This document shows positions 36,791 through 49,423 of a stretch of 64,000 nt of DNA, in pieces. The stretch spans positions 558,001 to 622,000 of the forward strand of contig JBNJNM010000014.1 in assembly GCA_052426225.1 (NCBI GenBank), given 5' to 3'. Position 1 is the first letter of the stretch; every line of letters starts with the position of its first letter. The position numbers and the translations under genes are program-made. Under the pieces are notes generated by a model that worked only from the letters and a program-made list of their open reading frames with translations, searched no databases and had not been told where the DNA came from. The DNA is from Zancudomyces culisetae HAW-14-8. Its lineage: Eukaryota; Fungi; Kickxellomycota.

Positions 36791-38104
36791 ATGAGGCCGA
36801 GTACATATACAGCATTATTCTCATTAGTACTAACCAACTTAATTTCACCGATATTAGGCGGATCAACCACAACAGAAACTAAGCGAGTTAACTGTTCTGA
36901 CTCTTTAAGTCAAATTGAGATTGCTCAAGGATCTGGTGATAGTCCAGTTGTCAGCTACAATTGGGAAAATGCTATTGATATTTCTTGTCCATCACAAGAC
37001 TATCTTGTTACATTTGATGTTGATCAAACCTCTGATATCTATTTTGCAATCAGTACACAAAGATATTTGCCTACCGATAGCGAGGTTATTGAAGGCGTAG
37101 TAGGTGTAAACACTGGTACGTGGTATGTTGGAGCATCAGTATACTCCTTGGAGGAAGACATCATGTCGGGAGCATCAGACACTCAAAGAATATATGTGCA
37201 AGTTAACAGCTCAGGTGTCAGTATTGGATTGGTAGGAAACAGTATGCCAATTTTGACACTGCCATCAACGTATTACGATATCAATGTAGCAATGAACTCA
37301 CCAAACTTATGGTTTGCATTTGGAGCTGAGAGAGACTTAACGCTAATCCAAAATGTAGAGTACACCTGTAATAGTTCTACTTGTGTAAATCCATCTAGTT
37401 CAACTGATTCTTCAAGAGCTACCGAGTCATCACCAACTGATTCTTCATCAACTAGCTCAACCTCAACTGAATCATCATCAACTGAATCACCATCAACTGA
37501 ATCATCATCAACTGAATCATCATCAACTGAATCATCATCAACTGAATCAAGCTCAACAGACTCATCATCAACCGAGTCATCATCAACCCAGTCATCATCA
37601 ACCAGCTTTACCAGTTCGAGCTCATCAACCTGTGGTTCCACTTCTGTTGGCTTCAATATCATTGTATCTTCCACCAACAAGAACAAAGACTATGATTTCA
37701 AGCAGGCCCTTACAATTCCATGCGATACAAGTGACTTTGAGTTCACTGCTAGCATCTCTGCTACCACTGACTTCTTTGTTGCGCTCATGGACAACAGCGG
37801 ATACTACAGCCCGAACGGTGTAGTTGAAGCTCAATTTGGTTTGTCATCTGGTACCAGTTCCATCAAGAAGGGTAAATACGCTTTGGTTAAACGAAGCAAT
37901 ATTTTCACAAGAGCCGACTCGCAAGACATCAAGATTGTTTACAAGAACTCTCAGCTTCAAATATTTATCAACAATTCGCTCAAGTCTACATACAAGGTTT
38001 CCAACTTTAACATGACTTCATTGGCTATGACACCATTCAAAGGCACTGCATCAGTTTTCAACCCAACATTCTCTTGCCAGAGCATTTCTAATTGTAGCAA
38101 CTAA
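36791..38104 (+). CDS. Secreted protein: two related beta-rich domains joined by a Ser/Thr (TESSS) mucin-like linker
   Basis: Signal peptide; internal repeat YNWENAIDISC..FDVDQTSDIYFAI..IEGVVG vs YDFKQALTIPC..ASISATTDFFVAL..VEAQFG; 15-bp ACTGAATCATCATCA repeats ~37460-37600. Confidence 0.85.
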   Translation: MRPSTYTALFSLVLTNLISPILGGSTTTETKRVNCSDSLSQIEIAQGSGDSPVVSYNWENAIDISCPSQDYLVTFDVDQTSDIYFAISTQRYLPTDSEVIEGVVGVNTGTWYVGASVYSLEEDIMSGASDTQRIYVQVNSSGVSIGLVGNSMPILTLPSTYYDINVAMNSPNLWFAFGAERDLTLIQNVEYTCNSSTCVNPSSSTDSSRATESSPTDSSSTSSTSTESSSTESPSTESSSTESSSTESSSTESSSTDSSSTESSSTQSSSTSFTSSSSSTCGSTSVGFNIIVSSTNKNKDYDFKQALTIPCDTSDFEFTASISATTDFFVALMDNSGYYSPNGVVEAQFGLSSGTSSIKKGKYALVKRSNIFTRADSQDIKIVYKNSQLQIFINNSLKSTYKVSNFNMTSLAMTPFKGTASVFNPTFSCQSISNCSN

Positions 38105-38546
38105 GTTTGTTTAATATCTTTTTTTTGGTTTATAGGTTTTGAAAAGTCCATTATAATAAACCTTAGTAGCAAATCAATTAATTTTCTAATGTTCAGCTAA
38201 TTTGTTTAGACTATTTTTTGTTGGAGTACTCTAGAAATAGGAGCGACAAATAATTAGTGGTTATGAGAAATGACAAAATAGAGCAGCCAGGGATATATGA
38301 CAGTATCAACACATTTAAGATTTCAAATCCAAATCTCAAAATAGTTGAAGTACATGAAACTTGAGGGGATGGGCAGTTGGTTCTATCTCTTAAATAGGAA
38401 TCACAAAATATGGTTACTCTACCAGAAAGAATAGATAATCCAAAATTTCATGTTTAGTCAAGCTGCAAACAACGAGATTCTTAGATAGATTCTTTCAAAC
38501 GAGGATTATTATCTGGATCAATCTTGAGTATAAAATATCACTCAAC

Positions 38547-38595
38547 CAACGCCCGGTGGGTAAGGAGTTGCTAGAGAGACAGAGGAGAATTAGTT
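38547..38595 (+). repeat. Dispersed GC-rich repeat copy 2
   Basis: Matches 31660-31708. Confidence 0.6.
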
Positions 38596-39776
38596 AGGTT
38601 GATATTATATTGAGTTGTTTTATTTAATTTTTATTTGGTGTTTATTTATTGAGTCTTTTGAACAAAATATAAACCAAGAGAAATAATTGGGCAATTTCCA
38701 AAATTGCAGTGAATGAGTAGCAAACGGAAATGATTTACTTGCTGAATCTATAGATTTTTGGTTCTTTTTTAACTAACACATTTTTCGAGTATAGTGAGTT
38801 TTGCAGGAAAATCATAGATAAGCTTCTGGAGGAAAGAGTTAAACCTTAAACTTTCTAGAATTATTCGGGATACTAAGACCTCTTGAGCTAAAGCAGTGGC
38901 TTCCACATGCAGGTTTCTGAACAAAGTCTTTTTCACTTTGTTACCTAGCAGTGAAAAGTATTAATTGTAGTCCCACTCCCCTTGAACCAATATCCCTCAG
39001 GTACCGGGTATTCTAGAGAGTTGGAATGATGATGCGATGAACTTAGTTTAGTTGATTGTTATTTTTATGAACTTTTTGATATCTAAATAAATATTACTCG
39101 GTCAGAAAAACAATATTTTGTAAATATACAATAAAAAAATTTAATTGTATTGTTATCTATATGTTCCTATTGTTCGTTTGAAGCAAATTTACAATAACTG
39201 TATTGAACTTACAGTGCTAGAACGCTTTTCTTTTATAAAACCAATAATAATATTTGTCCTCAATTCTTTTCTTTTTTCCGGAATGCTTGTTATCATTTTA
39301 TTTATTATTTTTCTTTTATCATTTGCTCACCTTCTACAAGAGCTATGCTTCAATTGAAATTTGTCAAATATGTTGGTGTTCAGCTGTTTATACGAGCATG
39401 TATTTTATTTTATGTTTAGAAATATTTAGAACGATAGCTAGCTGTTAAACAAAAAAAAATCAAAACGTTCTGCATTTTGGTGGCTGTACTATAACCATAA
39501 TAGTGTTTGTACTAAAAATAACACTTTCACGGTTTGTTGTTAGCGCAATAAACCATCAAGGTGATGTTGTGGTTTATAAAAAAATTTCAACTTAGAAGCA
39601 CTCAACCCCAACTCCTTTACAACAAAAGCATAGTCTAAATTAGCAATAGTTGTAGTATGTTTAGGATCTTGATATTCTAAAACACAAAAAAAAAACTATA
39701 TAACAGGAATTGGTTTCTTTACCATTTTATCAGACAAACCTAACCCTCAAATTATCAACCACTCAAAAAAAGTAAA

Positions 39777-40310
39777 ATGAAATCATTAACCCTTTCCCTA
39801 GCCGTATTAGCACTTTCAGCTGGAACCGCTATTGCAGGACGTAGCGGTGGTCACGGAGGACATCATGGAGGCCGCCACGGTCACGGCCACCGAGGATACA
39901 GACACAGACACAGATACTGGAGAAATGGAATCTGGTACGATTACCCAGTTGCATACGCAGTAGCAGTACCAGTTACAGTTGGAGCCGTTGGTGCTGTCGG
40001 GGCCGTCGGAGCTGTTGGTACTACCTATGGAACTGGTGCAGCCGTCGCAACAGGATATGATAGTGGAGCAGTTGGAGCAGTTGGAGCAGTTGGAGCAGTT
40101 GGAGCAGTTGGAGCAGTTGGAGCAGTTGGTGCTGTCAACACTGCATACGGAGCTGGTGCCGTTGGTGGAGTAGGAGTTGTTGGTGTAGAAACATACCCAT
40201 CATACTACCCATTCTATAATGGATTTTACTTTGACAGATTTGGTAGAAGACACAGATACAGACACGGCCACAGATGGCGTCACAGACATGGACACGGACA
40301 CAGACATTAA
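39777..40310 (+). CDS. Small secreted Gly/His/Arg-rich protein with (GAV)n core
   Basis: Signal peptide; paralog of 8586-9122; GGAGCAGTT x7 at 40065-40127; His/Arg-rich ends. Confidence 0.88.
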   Translation: MKSLTLSLAVLALSAGTAIAGRSGGHGGHHGGRHGHGHRGYRHRHRYWRNGIWYDYPVAYAVAVPVTVGAVGAVGAVGAVGTTYGTGAAVATGYDSGAVGAVGAVGAVGAVGAVGAVGAVNTAYGAGAVGGVGVVGVETYPSYYPFYNGFYFDRFGRRHRYRHGHRWRHRHGHGHRH

Positions 40311-41316
40311 TACAGACATTGTCACAGAATAGTTCACAGACAAGATCGTCACTAACCGGAGAAAGCGGTTATGATGGTGGTAGCATCCAAGTAATCGACA
40401 CTGTTTAAATTAGAATTAATGAGTTTTGCTTTTTTTCAATCATATGCTTCCTTTTTTTAGAATGTATGTATATATTCGCACGAATAGTAAATAAAAGCAT
40501 TACGAGTTAATAATGTTGTGTACAGGTATTTCATTTACTCGATTTTTCTACAGGGTTTTGTCAATTGCTATATTGTTGTGTCGTTTGAAGAAAAGCAGTA
40601 TTTCTTTTGCTCAGGATGATTTAATTATTATTTTAAACTTTCTGGTACTAAGCGAAGTGTAAATCTTTATCACACAAAACCTTCAAGTCTTATCTTTATT
40701 AAATCAATATTCAACATTATCAAATTTAGTATAGTAAGATATGGAAATATTGGTTTGTAAAAATATCTAATATTATTTCATACTAGCTTTATATTCTTCT
40801 TTTTCAACCTGTTTCTAAAATAGTTCAATGATTCCATTATTCAGGTATTCATATATAAGAGTTGGTTCGTAATAAATATAAATTTGAAAAAGACGAATAC
40901 TACAATTTTCGTGTAGTTGTCATATCTTTAGAAAAACGAGTGAGATGCAGGGTGTTGTAAAACATTTCCCTTGGAGTAGTAATTCTTGTGAAGCTTAATT
41001 TTATGAGACTAAAAAATACGTTTAGATTGATGTTTTCACAAGCCGAGTTATATAGTTGAATTTTTTATTTGACAGGTACAATTGACCTTCAAAAGAGTAG
41101 ATGAATTAACTACATTAAGAATCTGGAAAAACTAGTAGCAGAAAATCTAGATAGTTCAGTCCGAACAACTATGCGTCAAGCTCAAAATAACAATATTGGC
41201 GTCGAATCAAGAATATACTGGTATGGATTGGAGTATAAATACTAGTACTGTTTTTATTTGGTCAAGTTGTACTATTTATAGGCGAATGTTACCCAAGTAA
41301 ATATTTTTGAAATTGA

Positions 41317-41387
41317 AATATCTTTAGTCGAATAAAGTTAAAATCTGTTATTGTTATGCAAACACACAGATACAATTATGCCCAGCC
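41317..41387 (+). mobile_element. Decayed DIRS ICR/terminus relic
   Basis: TTTAGTCGAATAAAGTTAAAATCTGTTATTGTTATGCAAACACACAGATACAATTATGCCC aligns to the reverse complement of ICR 32548-32612. Confidence 0.75.
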
Positions 41388-42670
41388 TAGTTTTAATATT
41401 GGGAAAAAAATAGAAAAAATGAATATCGGTTTGTATACAGTTTTTAAATCTGTATACCCAGTTTTAACAACCTAGTATTGCTATGGTAAGATGGTCAAAA
41501 AACGTGTAATTAGTTAAATATGCTATTAGAGACATAAAATGGTACTCACATAGTTGCATTCTGGTAGGTGAAATTATTGTTAATATTGAAATAAAGATAA
41601 AATTTCCATTCATACTTAAGTCTGCTTGATCCAAGTAAAAGTGTCATCCAGTGTTCTTTTATACAGGGTATTCACATCAATACTTCTAACGTTGTAAAAC
41701 GAGGTCGTATGATTGTAATCATTCTATGTATTTTTGATCTGATTGCAACTTTTTGTCCAATTTTCTATATTGTATACGGTTTCTCGCAAAGATCAAGTTA
41801 GACCAAAAAATCTTATTTTTTTATTGGCCATATTAATCTGACGATTGGATCTTGAACATCGAATAACTGGTGTGCATACATTTTATTGTATTAAGTAATA
41901 TATAACTAATAATAGCTAGTGGTGTGTATATAGATTTTTGCAACCTCCGCATAGCTTTTATCTTTAATTGAGTGTACCAGCGAATTAAACAGATTCATTA
42001 AAACCGGTAATTTTATTAATATCAACACAGTAGCATATCCAGAATCTGCCCTCTGACTCAAATAAAAAACGTTTTGTTTGCAAAATTAATTTGTCATAAT
42101 CTATTGCCTCTTCTCAAGAAGTAAGCCTCAGAAACTAGATATCTATTATCAACAGCTCAATAGTGATAATCTAAATATCTGTGTATTCAAAACTGAATAC
42201 TCATTCTCAGCGGATTCAAAACTCAGAGATAATCCCTTTGATTTTGACCTGTTTATTAGAAATGCGAGCATAAGTAGTGGTGCTGGATTTGTTTATCTTT
42301 TGTACAAAGATATTCAAAACATGTTAGTGCTACCCACCAAATCCTACTTCAATAGTATTGTCATTGGCTCTGTAACAAGATCCATCACATGTATATTTTA
42401 AATACTTTCCAAAGAATATTAGCTTAATTATCTCTTTCTCTGGCTAGTACTCATACCTATATTACAAAAAATCTACCCAATTACTATAAAAATATTATCA
42501 TATCCGTTTTTGAATACCATGATCTCCATTTTAACGCAAGTTGAGTTAATTATAAAACGATTTTATTTAAAATCTATTTTTTAGGTAATGTTTTTTTAAG
42601 TTTGTAGCAAAAATTAAAGTACGATGCATCTAATGGCTTATTTGGATGAATGAAATCTATAACCTATAAA

Positions 42671-43144
42671 TTAGGTTCTCTTAACCCTGAGCCAAGCGAA
42701 TGAAATAGCTCTTCTTCCTACAACTTCGGATATATTGGAAATAGTCTTGGCTGATGATCTACGGACTATCTGACATTTACCGGTACAATCCTTATCCCCG
42801 CAAACCAAGATTACTCCCTTTCCTGGTTTATCCAATCCACTCTTTCTTCCGACCTTAATTGATCCGAATTTTCTTGTGTTGTAGCACTTTCCACGTCTGA
42901 TACTGCGCTTTTCGTATCTGTTATCAAAACCAGCAGCCTTGTACAATCTAACAGTTGTTCTCTTGGCCTTGCAGCGACCACGGCAACAACGATGCATATC
43001 ATTAAATTCACAGCCAGAGAGATTGTTGTTGTGTTCGGAATTAGCAAGATCATTGTTCTGATTCTGTTTGTTACCGCTCATGTTTACTGCACTGGCTAAG
43101 ATTGAACCGAAAAGTAAGGCACTGACTAAGACTGACTTGAACAT
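42671..43144 (-). CDS. Small secreted Cys-rich beta/gamma-crystallin-like protein (paralog 1, very basic)
   Basis: Signal peptide; LYxxxxF..KCYN..S..CxxxDCxGxC..SxxW family pattern. Confidence 0.8.
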   Translation of the reverse strand: MFKSVLVSALLFGSILASAVNMSGNKQNQNNDLANSEHNNNLSGCEFNDMHRCCRGRCKAKRTTVRLYKAAGFDNRYEKRSIRRGKCYNTRKFGSIKVGRKSGLDKPGKGVILVCGDKDCTGKCQIVRRSSAKTISNISEVVGRRAISFAWLRVKRT

Positions 43145-45194
43145 TTTAATTTTGTTTGATTTTCTTTTTTCCTGGTGGAATGCTGTTGTGTACTTTAAAT
43201 TACGAGGAGAGAACCCTACCCCTACACACTTTTGAGTGAGGTGGTATTCTGATAGTTTAAATTGTTTTCACACTAATGTATGGTATAACGAACTCAAATT
43301 CTAATAATTTGTATAAACTGTAATATACAAGTGAAACTCTATTGAAGTAAGTCCAGTTAATTAAAATTGCAGTCTAGAGTAGTAGCAATATCACAATGAT
43401 ATCTTTGAACACTTCTATTTTTTGCAATAATACTGCATTCTCGGTCACTTTTTACTTTTAGTTTATTTGAATAAACCCATTTATAAGTTCCAGCAATATC
43501 TGTTGTTGTTGTTAATTGCTATCTTTAGCTGAGCTACACTACTCTAGACATTATGCTAAATTAAAACCATGATGACTAAATGAAAAACCACCAATCTATT
43601 TTTTGTACTGGCTAAACGCTAACTGGACTTCAAAAAAACCACAAAATAAGGAAAACTCCGGTTATAGAATGAGAGTAGTAGTTAATACTCTGGCTCTTTT
43701 CCGTTTGGTGGAATCTACTCTTTATAATATAATTTTCAATGTTTTATTCATTTTATTATAGCTAGTCTAGAAAGGTGAATTTGTAGATCATTTTTTGTAT
43801 TAACTTTAAAAAATAAGATAACCTAGCCAGTTTATTTATTAAAAGTCCAGAGTTACCCTATAAGCAACAGAATGAAATAAAAAGATTTTCGAAAAAATGG
43901 AACTAGTACTTCGGTATTCATTTTGGTGGGGTTTCATTTCTACCGCAATATCATTTACTTTGCTATCATTGGAGACTATTTAATCATACTAGAAAAAAGT
44001 AAAAATATAAATAATTAGAAAAAGTCGAAGTTTATTTGTGTTTAAATGAGTGCTTTTGAATATTCTGGAGGGGGAGGTGTGGATCTGTTAAAGAGCCTTG
44101 GCACTAAGTTGGTTTTTTGTTTAATTAACACTCTTTCATTACGGTTATAAACTTTATTATACTTGATAAATTACATGATGAAGTAGTACTGTTTCTATAC
44201 CAACTTTTATTTATTCTTGCTTAACGCAAGAACCAAAAGTATAATTTTTCTTATCTATGCATTGCAGTTAAAACAAGTAGAAATAAACACAGAAAACCTA
44301 GAAGTTAGAATAGTGCCAAAGAAAGATAGGAAAACAGTCATTGCTCAGATCTAACTAGCCAATTCAGTAAATATTTTCTTGCCAAGTTTATACTGGATGA
44401 GTGTAAAAATAACCTGCTTTCAATGGTAATGAAACGTTGATGAACTCAACCAACTACAAGAAACTAAAAAACATACACTAAAAATTCAGATACATTGAAC
44501 AAGAAGGATTAGTTACCTAAAATCCAGTAAAAGAAGCGGTCATATATAGATATTATACAAAAAGAAATAAGAAACACATGAATGTGGTTTACAAAATAAT
44601 TTGAATATTCATTTTAATAGTAGATGGAGATGATAAGATTGAGAATATACCTCTGAGTAATATCAATAGTATGTGTGTAATTTTATTAGTTATTAATCGA
44701 ACCTTCAAAGCTAAAAGTTTTAATTTTATTTAAAACGCTGTCGAATTTCACTTTTATTAATATCGTTTTTTTTCTTGGCACTTGGTACACTTGAACTTCT
44801 GCAAAAGAAATATTTTGCCAAGTACTGAACTTAAAATGTTTATTTAATCTAATTGATAATGTTCATAAGTAAAACTAGAAAACTAGGCTAAACTAAACAT
44901 TTTTGTAAAGTTTGCCATTCTATGTGGGTTTAATCTGTTTTTTATATTATCTTTGGATGAAACGGCCATTTTATAACCAAATTATAAATGTAAGAAAAGA
45001 ATGTATATTTTATGGATGTATTTGTTTATTATCGAAAAATATGAGTCATGTGGAGACCCAAGGTTTCATTTAATAAATATCCATAACAGATATTATAAAT
45101 AAATTCACAATAAGTAAAATGAATAAAACAAAATATGGAGTCTTGAATGAGACAAATCATTGATAGACTCAATAAAATAATTGTAAAAAACCAA

Positions 45195-45863
45195 CTGTCA
45201 ACTTCAAGATTGCCATTGGGATCACATGTCACGACCAGAAAAGAGCCATTGGAGCCCGAAGTGTACCATGGTTTGGTCACTTTAATGCTGTAAATAAAAG
45301 AAAATTTATACAGATCTGAGTACACGGAGCAGGAGAGAAACAAGGATTACAAAGGGTACTAAAAACAAGACCATGAAGTGTAAACCGGCAAATATCAATG
45401 AGATGGTCGGTCAGGTAAAAGAAATTGGAAGCCAACCTATACAACATCTAGCTGGTGTTGACACAGCTCATCAATTCAATCGATGCCATGGTGTATGGAA
45501 TTAGCCAGTAGGATTTATTTATCATTTTATTAGCGATTAATTTAGCGTGCAACAAATTAATAAGTCAACATCAAGCCTTTTAATCTAGTTTACCTAGCAC
45601 GAATACCTATTAGGTAAATTATATCATAGCAGAATAAATATTCCGACACACAAATTTATTATGAAAACTTTCACAATTACAAATTATGTTATTGTGGTTT
45701 ATTTAGTTTCGACTTTGCCAGAGACTTATCATGTAAACATGCATTCCATCAAAGTTGTGTGGATTGGTATCTAAATAATGTATCCAAAATGTGTCCAGTT
45801 TGCAAGATAGATTTAAAATATGAGGCAAACATGGTAGTAAACCTACAGTATCCAAAGGTTTAG
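45195..45863 (+). pseudogene. RING-H2 E3 ligase relic
   Basis: 45708-45863 reads FDFARDLSCKHAFHQSCVDWYLNNVSKMCPVCKIDL after an AG acceptor; upstream coding-like stretch has several stops and no intact first CxxC. Confidence 0.65.
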
Positions 45864-46178
45864 AAAGTATGTGCTGTTTTTTCTTCTATTTAACTTTGCA
45901 CGTTTAATACACCAGAAAACCAGAATCTGAAACCGTTTGATTTTTTTGATTATTGAATATTTTAGGGATGTAGTTGATTGTTTATATATATTTATATATA
46001 TGTAGGTTAGATAAATAGGGTTCATGTATTATTTAGAGTTAGAAATACACTACAATAGTAGTAAAAAATTATGTGATGTAACAAAAAGATTATCTCGAAT
46101 AAACATATATAAATGTTACACATCTAAAAAGGGAGATAAAAAGATGCAACTCTGGTACAATATACATTGAGTCGTCTT

Positions 46179-47350
46179 TTACTGCCAGTATCGAAATAAG
46201 ACAATGCTAGATTGTGAATTCTGAGCTAGTGTTTTTTCTTTTTTAAAAATCAAGCCAAACCACGAACTATCTTTGTCCAGCAAGTTACTTAACCATTCTA
46301 ATGTCGCCTAAGTATCACAATAAACGGTGCACACCAAAAATTTATTTAAAATACTACAGGAAATGAACTGAGGAGAACAAAGTATATATGCTTACCTTCC
46401 CCGCCTCTGTTAATTTATCGATATCACAAGGATCGGTAAAGTAAGAGGCTTCAGTTTCATTGAGTAATTCTAAAGGTGAAATTTTTAAAACAGACGAATC
46501 ACCACTATCTGTGTTCAAGTCGCCTTCTCCTATTGAAGAATCGTTTGTTTTATGAACTAAGGATTTCATCCCATACTCATAATTATACTCAATACCTGAA
46601 TCTTTTTGGACTTGACAAAAATCATCATTTGGAGCACAAGTATCTGAAAATGCTTGGTTATTCTGGTAATCCAAAAGGTCTTGGGGATCGGAAAAAGATG
46701 GTGGAAGAAGGGATATTGCTTTGCATAAGGCAGTGTAGAGCTCATCAACTATTATCGGTATTCATTATTTTAGCAATCGAAAGCTCAAACTGTACTTTTC
46801 TGCTACTCTGTAAAAAAAATTAAAATCGACTGACATAAAAAGTGGACTTACGCTTGTTCAAATCCTGGTGAAAAATAAACAATTCAGAAAATTGAATTTC
46901 CTAGTCGAGATTTTGATCCCAGGAATTATCCGCACTCTCGTTCTCATTGTATGAGCCATTTAGACTTTCGACATTTATGCTTTCCTTGCTGCCTGAAGGG
47001 TGGGAATCCTCTTGAGAAGCATTGTTAAAAACAGAGGATGAGAATGAGAGCTCTAGTTGTAAATAGATGCAATCACCTAAATTATTTTCGTTCTCGGAAT
47101 CTACTTTATCCTGTTTTGATGATTTTGCGTACAAAGCAATAGAGTCGTAGGCAATGCTAAATCCAGAGTTTTGAGCAGCTGAAAAAATAACTAGGTGTGT
47201 TGCTGTTATATATACAGACAGCGGTTCCTTGGCAATTGTAAACGCTGGTCTTATTCGTACATCACTTAATGAATGCCTGGGCATGTCGCTTTCATCGCTT
47301 AGATCACCTGCTATGAATTCCGGACTATTGTTTAGAATTGTGAACGACAT
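46179..47350 (-). pseudogene. pICln/Lot5 (Voldacs domain) gene with an in-frame TAG at 46903-46901; exons 47350-46852, 46748-46396, 46307-46179
   Basis: VYITATHLVIF..GFSIAYDSIALYA..CIYLQL, then beyond the stop EIQFSELFIF..LDELYTALCKAISLLP..LTEAGKATLEWL with canonical splice sites. Confidence 0.75.
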
Positions 47351-49423
47351 TTTTCATTTCAGTTTTTCACGTTTTGCAGTATTTCTTGCACCAAACTTGA
47401 ATATTTGACAAGTTGATAATTCAGGAATAAAATAGTTGAATTGAGTGAGTATTTGATGAGGAAAGCGCTAAGCACAATTAAAAATGGTTGATGGAACCTT
47501 TCTAGCTTTGTTAGCTCACTTTTAAATTAAACAAAATTAAGCAAGGAATCCCACTAGCTTTGTCAAATCTCGATAAAATAACGAGTCAAAGTTTATTTAA
47601 ATTAGTTAGACTGCTTTTCATTTTTCCAAGATAAAATAATTAAGGCTAACAACGCTGAGAAACGGCGAGTATAAGTTAGTGCTCTTAATCTCAACAGCTT
47701 TTACTAGATTTTAAATATGCAGTTTAGGTAATACGAGCATTTTTTTTGTCTGCTATGGTTGATAACTTTAGCATTTATTGAAAGAAGCACCAAAGATATA
47801 TACCACGTTGTTAACATTTGGTTTTTATAATAAACTACAAGTCCAGTTTGGTGATAGCGAATGGGGTAATATGGTTTAATAAATTAGTTCTTAATATTTT
47901 GTTTATATGCTTTAGCTTTGATAATAGGAATTTAGAACTAAAAAAAAACTGTGGAATTAGAAAAGATTAGTTAATGAAATATTATTTAGCATGTTTGAAA
48001 CTGAGCTACAAACGAATCAGTTGTGTTATTCATATTCAACCTGTGATGATTTTTGAGACTAGCCCTTTTTCTTTGTAGTTTATTTTTTACAATTGATTAT
48101 TGCATATTTTGGAAAGGCGTTTTGCCAATCTGTGTATCGTTCACTTAGTTTCGACTTAGGTTATGAAAATTTTGACTACATCCTCTCAACCCTTTGTGAC
48201 GCCTTTTTTATTATTTCTTGCAAAAAAATCACTTGTAGATGATTCTAACAAATCACAAAACCATTTTTGGTCTCATTAAATCCGGCTCTAAATTCTTTTA
48301 ATTTTACAGTCTATCTAATAAATATTTTTTGAATATTACTAGACTTTATATCACACCATTCTTTTATAAAAAAAGCTAGAGATATTAAAACCTGATAATA
48401 ATAACTATTTTTTCAATAGTAGAGACCTCGTCGGTCTCAGCAGCCTTTAAACGACATGAATTATCAGCTAGAATGAAAATTCTGAAACATGAGCTGTCAA
48501 GCTTCAGCTGTGCCACAAGGGTAATGGAACCTGTCCAAAACGATTGCTGAAGTGGTATAACGTAATTAAATTCACAATGTAGCTTTTTTGAGAACTTTTC
48601 TGTTTCAATATCCTAATTTAGGTGGTAAGCAGCAAGTCGAATAACCAAGAGTACAAAAGTTTTTAGATTATTCTTTATTTATACTTTATTATACAATTTT
48701 GAATGTGCATGTTATTTTGGTGAAAAAAACAAGCAAACCAGTTTACTTACACTATTGTGGTATTTTTTCACAATAGCTCATTAATTTTTCGCGCAATTAT
48801 ATTATTTAGCTAATTTACATAATATTACATTATAATTTCGGATCTAAAGAAATTAGAAGATCCGAAGCGAAACAAACTTTGTTGATAGTACATAAAAATT
48901 GATAATTTTAATATCAACATTAAATTAAAAAGATTTGGTCAAAACTCATCCTCACAATCTATTTAGGTAATTTTGGAATCAATAAAAAAATTGTCCGTAC
49001 ACTTATTTATCTTGATTTGCTTGGTGAATTATATGTTTTTAAAAAACACCCAAATTAGGTTGGGATGGTATAAAAGTAACAAATAAAGAACGAAATTAAA
49101 TATTGGAAGTGAATCTATGGAACTGATATGAAAACTACATACAACCATTCGAAGGAATTGATGATTGGAAATCATCAAAAAATTCCAATAATGCAAACGA
49201 TTTGGGTAAATCAGTAGTTGGTACTAGTAAAAAAAGAATAAACAAAAAAAAGAAAAATAGTATAAAAGCAGTTGAATATGAAAATTATCAAGTTGTCATT
49301 TTAAACAAAAAGGTATCCTACTATCTCTATGCTTCAAACCAGAAACATCCTTTTAAATTGAATAAAGTTTTTTTTCCTATAAAGCTTTCTAGTAGATATA
49401 TAGACAACAGCAATCAAAGAGGA

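Noticed and set aside
37430-37630. Regular short repeats suggesting a CRISPR array
   Set aside because: Coding TESSS repeats without unique spacers; eukaryotic context
46901-46903. Alternative genetic code (TAG reassigned)
   Set aside because: Other genes, e.g. those ending at 7501 and 59533, terminate normally at TAG
48838-48867. 9-bp inverted repeat TTCGGATCT/AGATCCGAA
   Set aside because: Short and expected by chance; no supporting context
49202-49423. N-terminal extension of the P450 ORF
   Set aside because: TTG start; the region contains a TATAAAAG and looks like promoter/5'UTR
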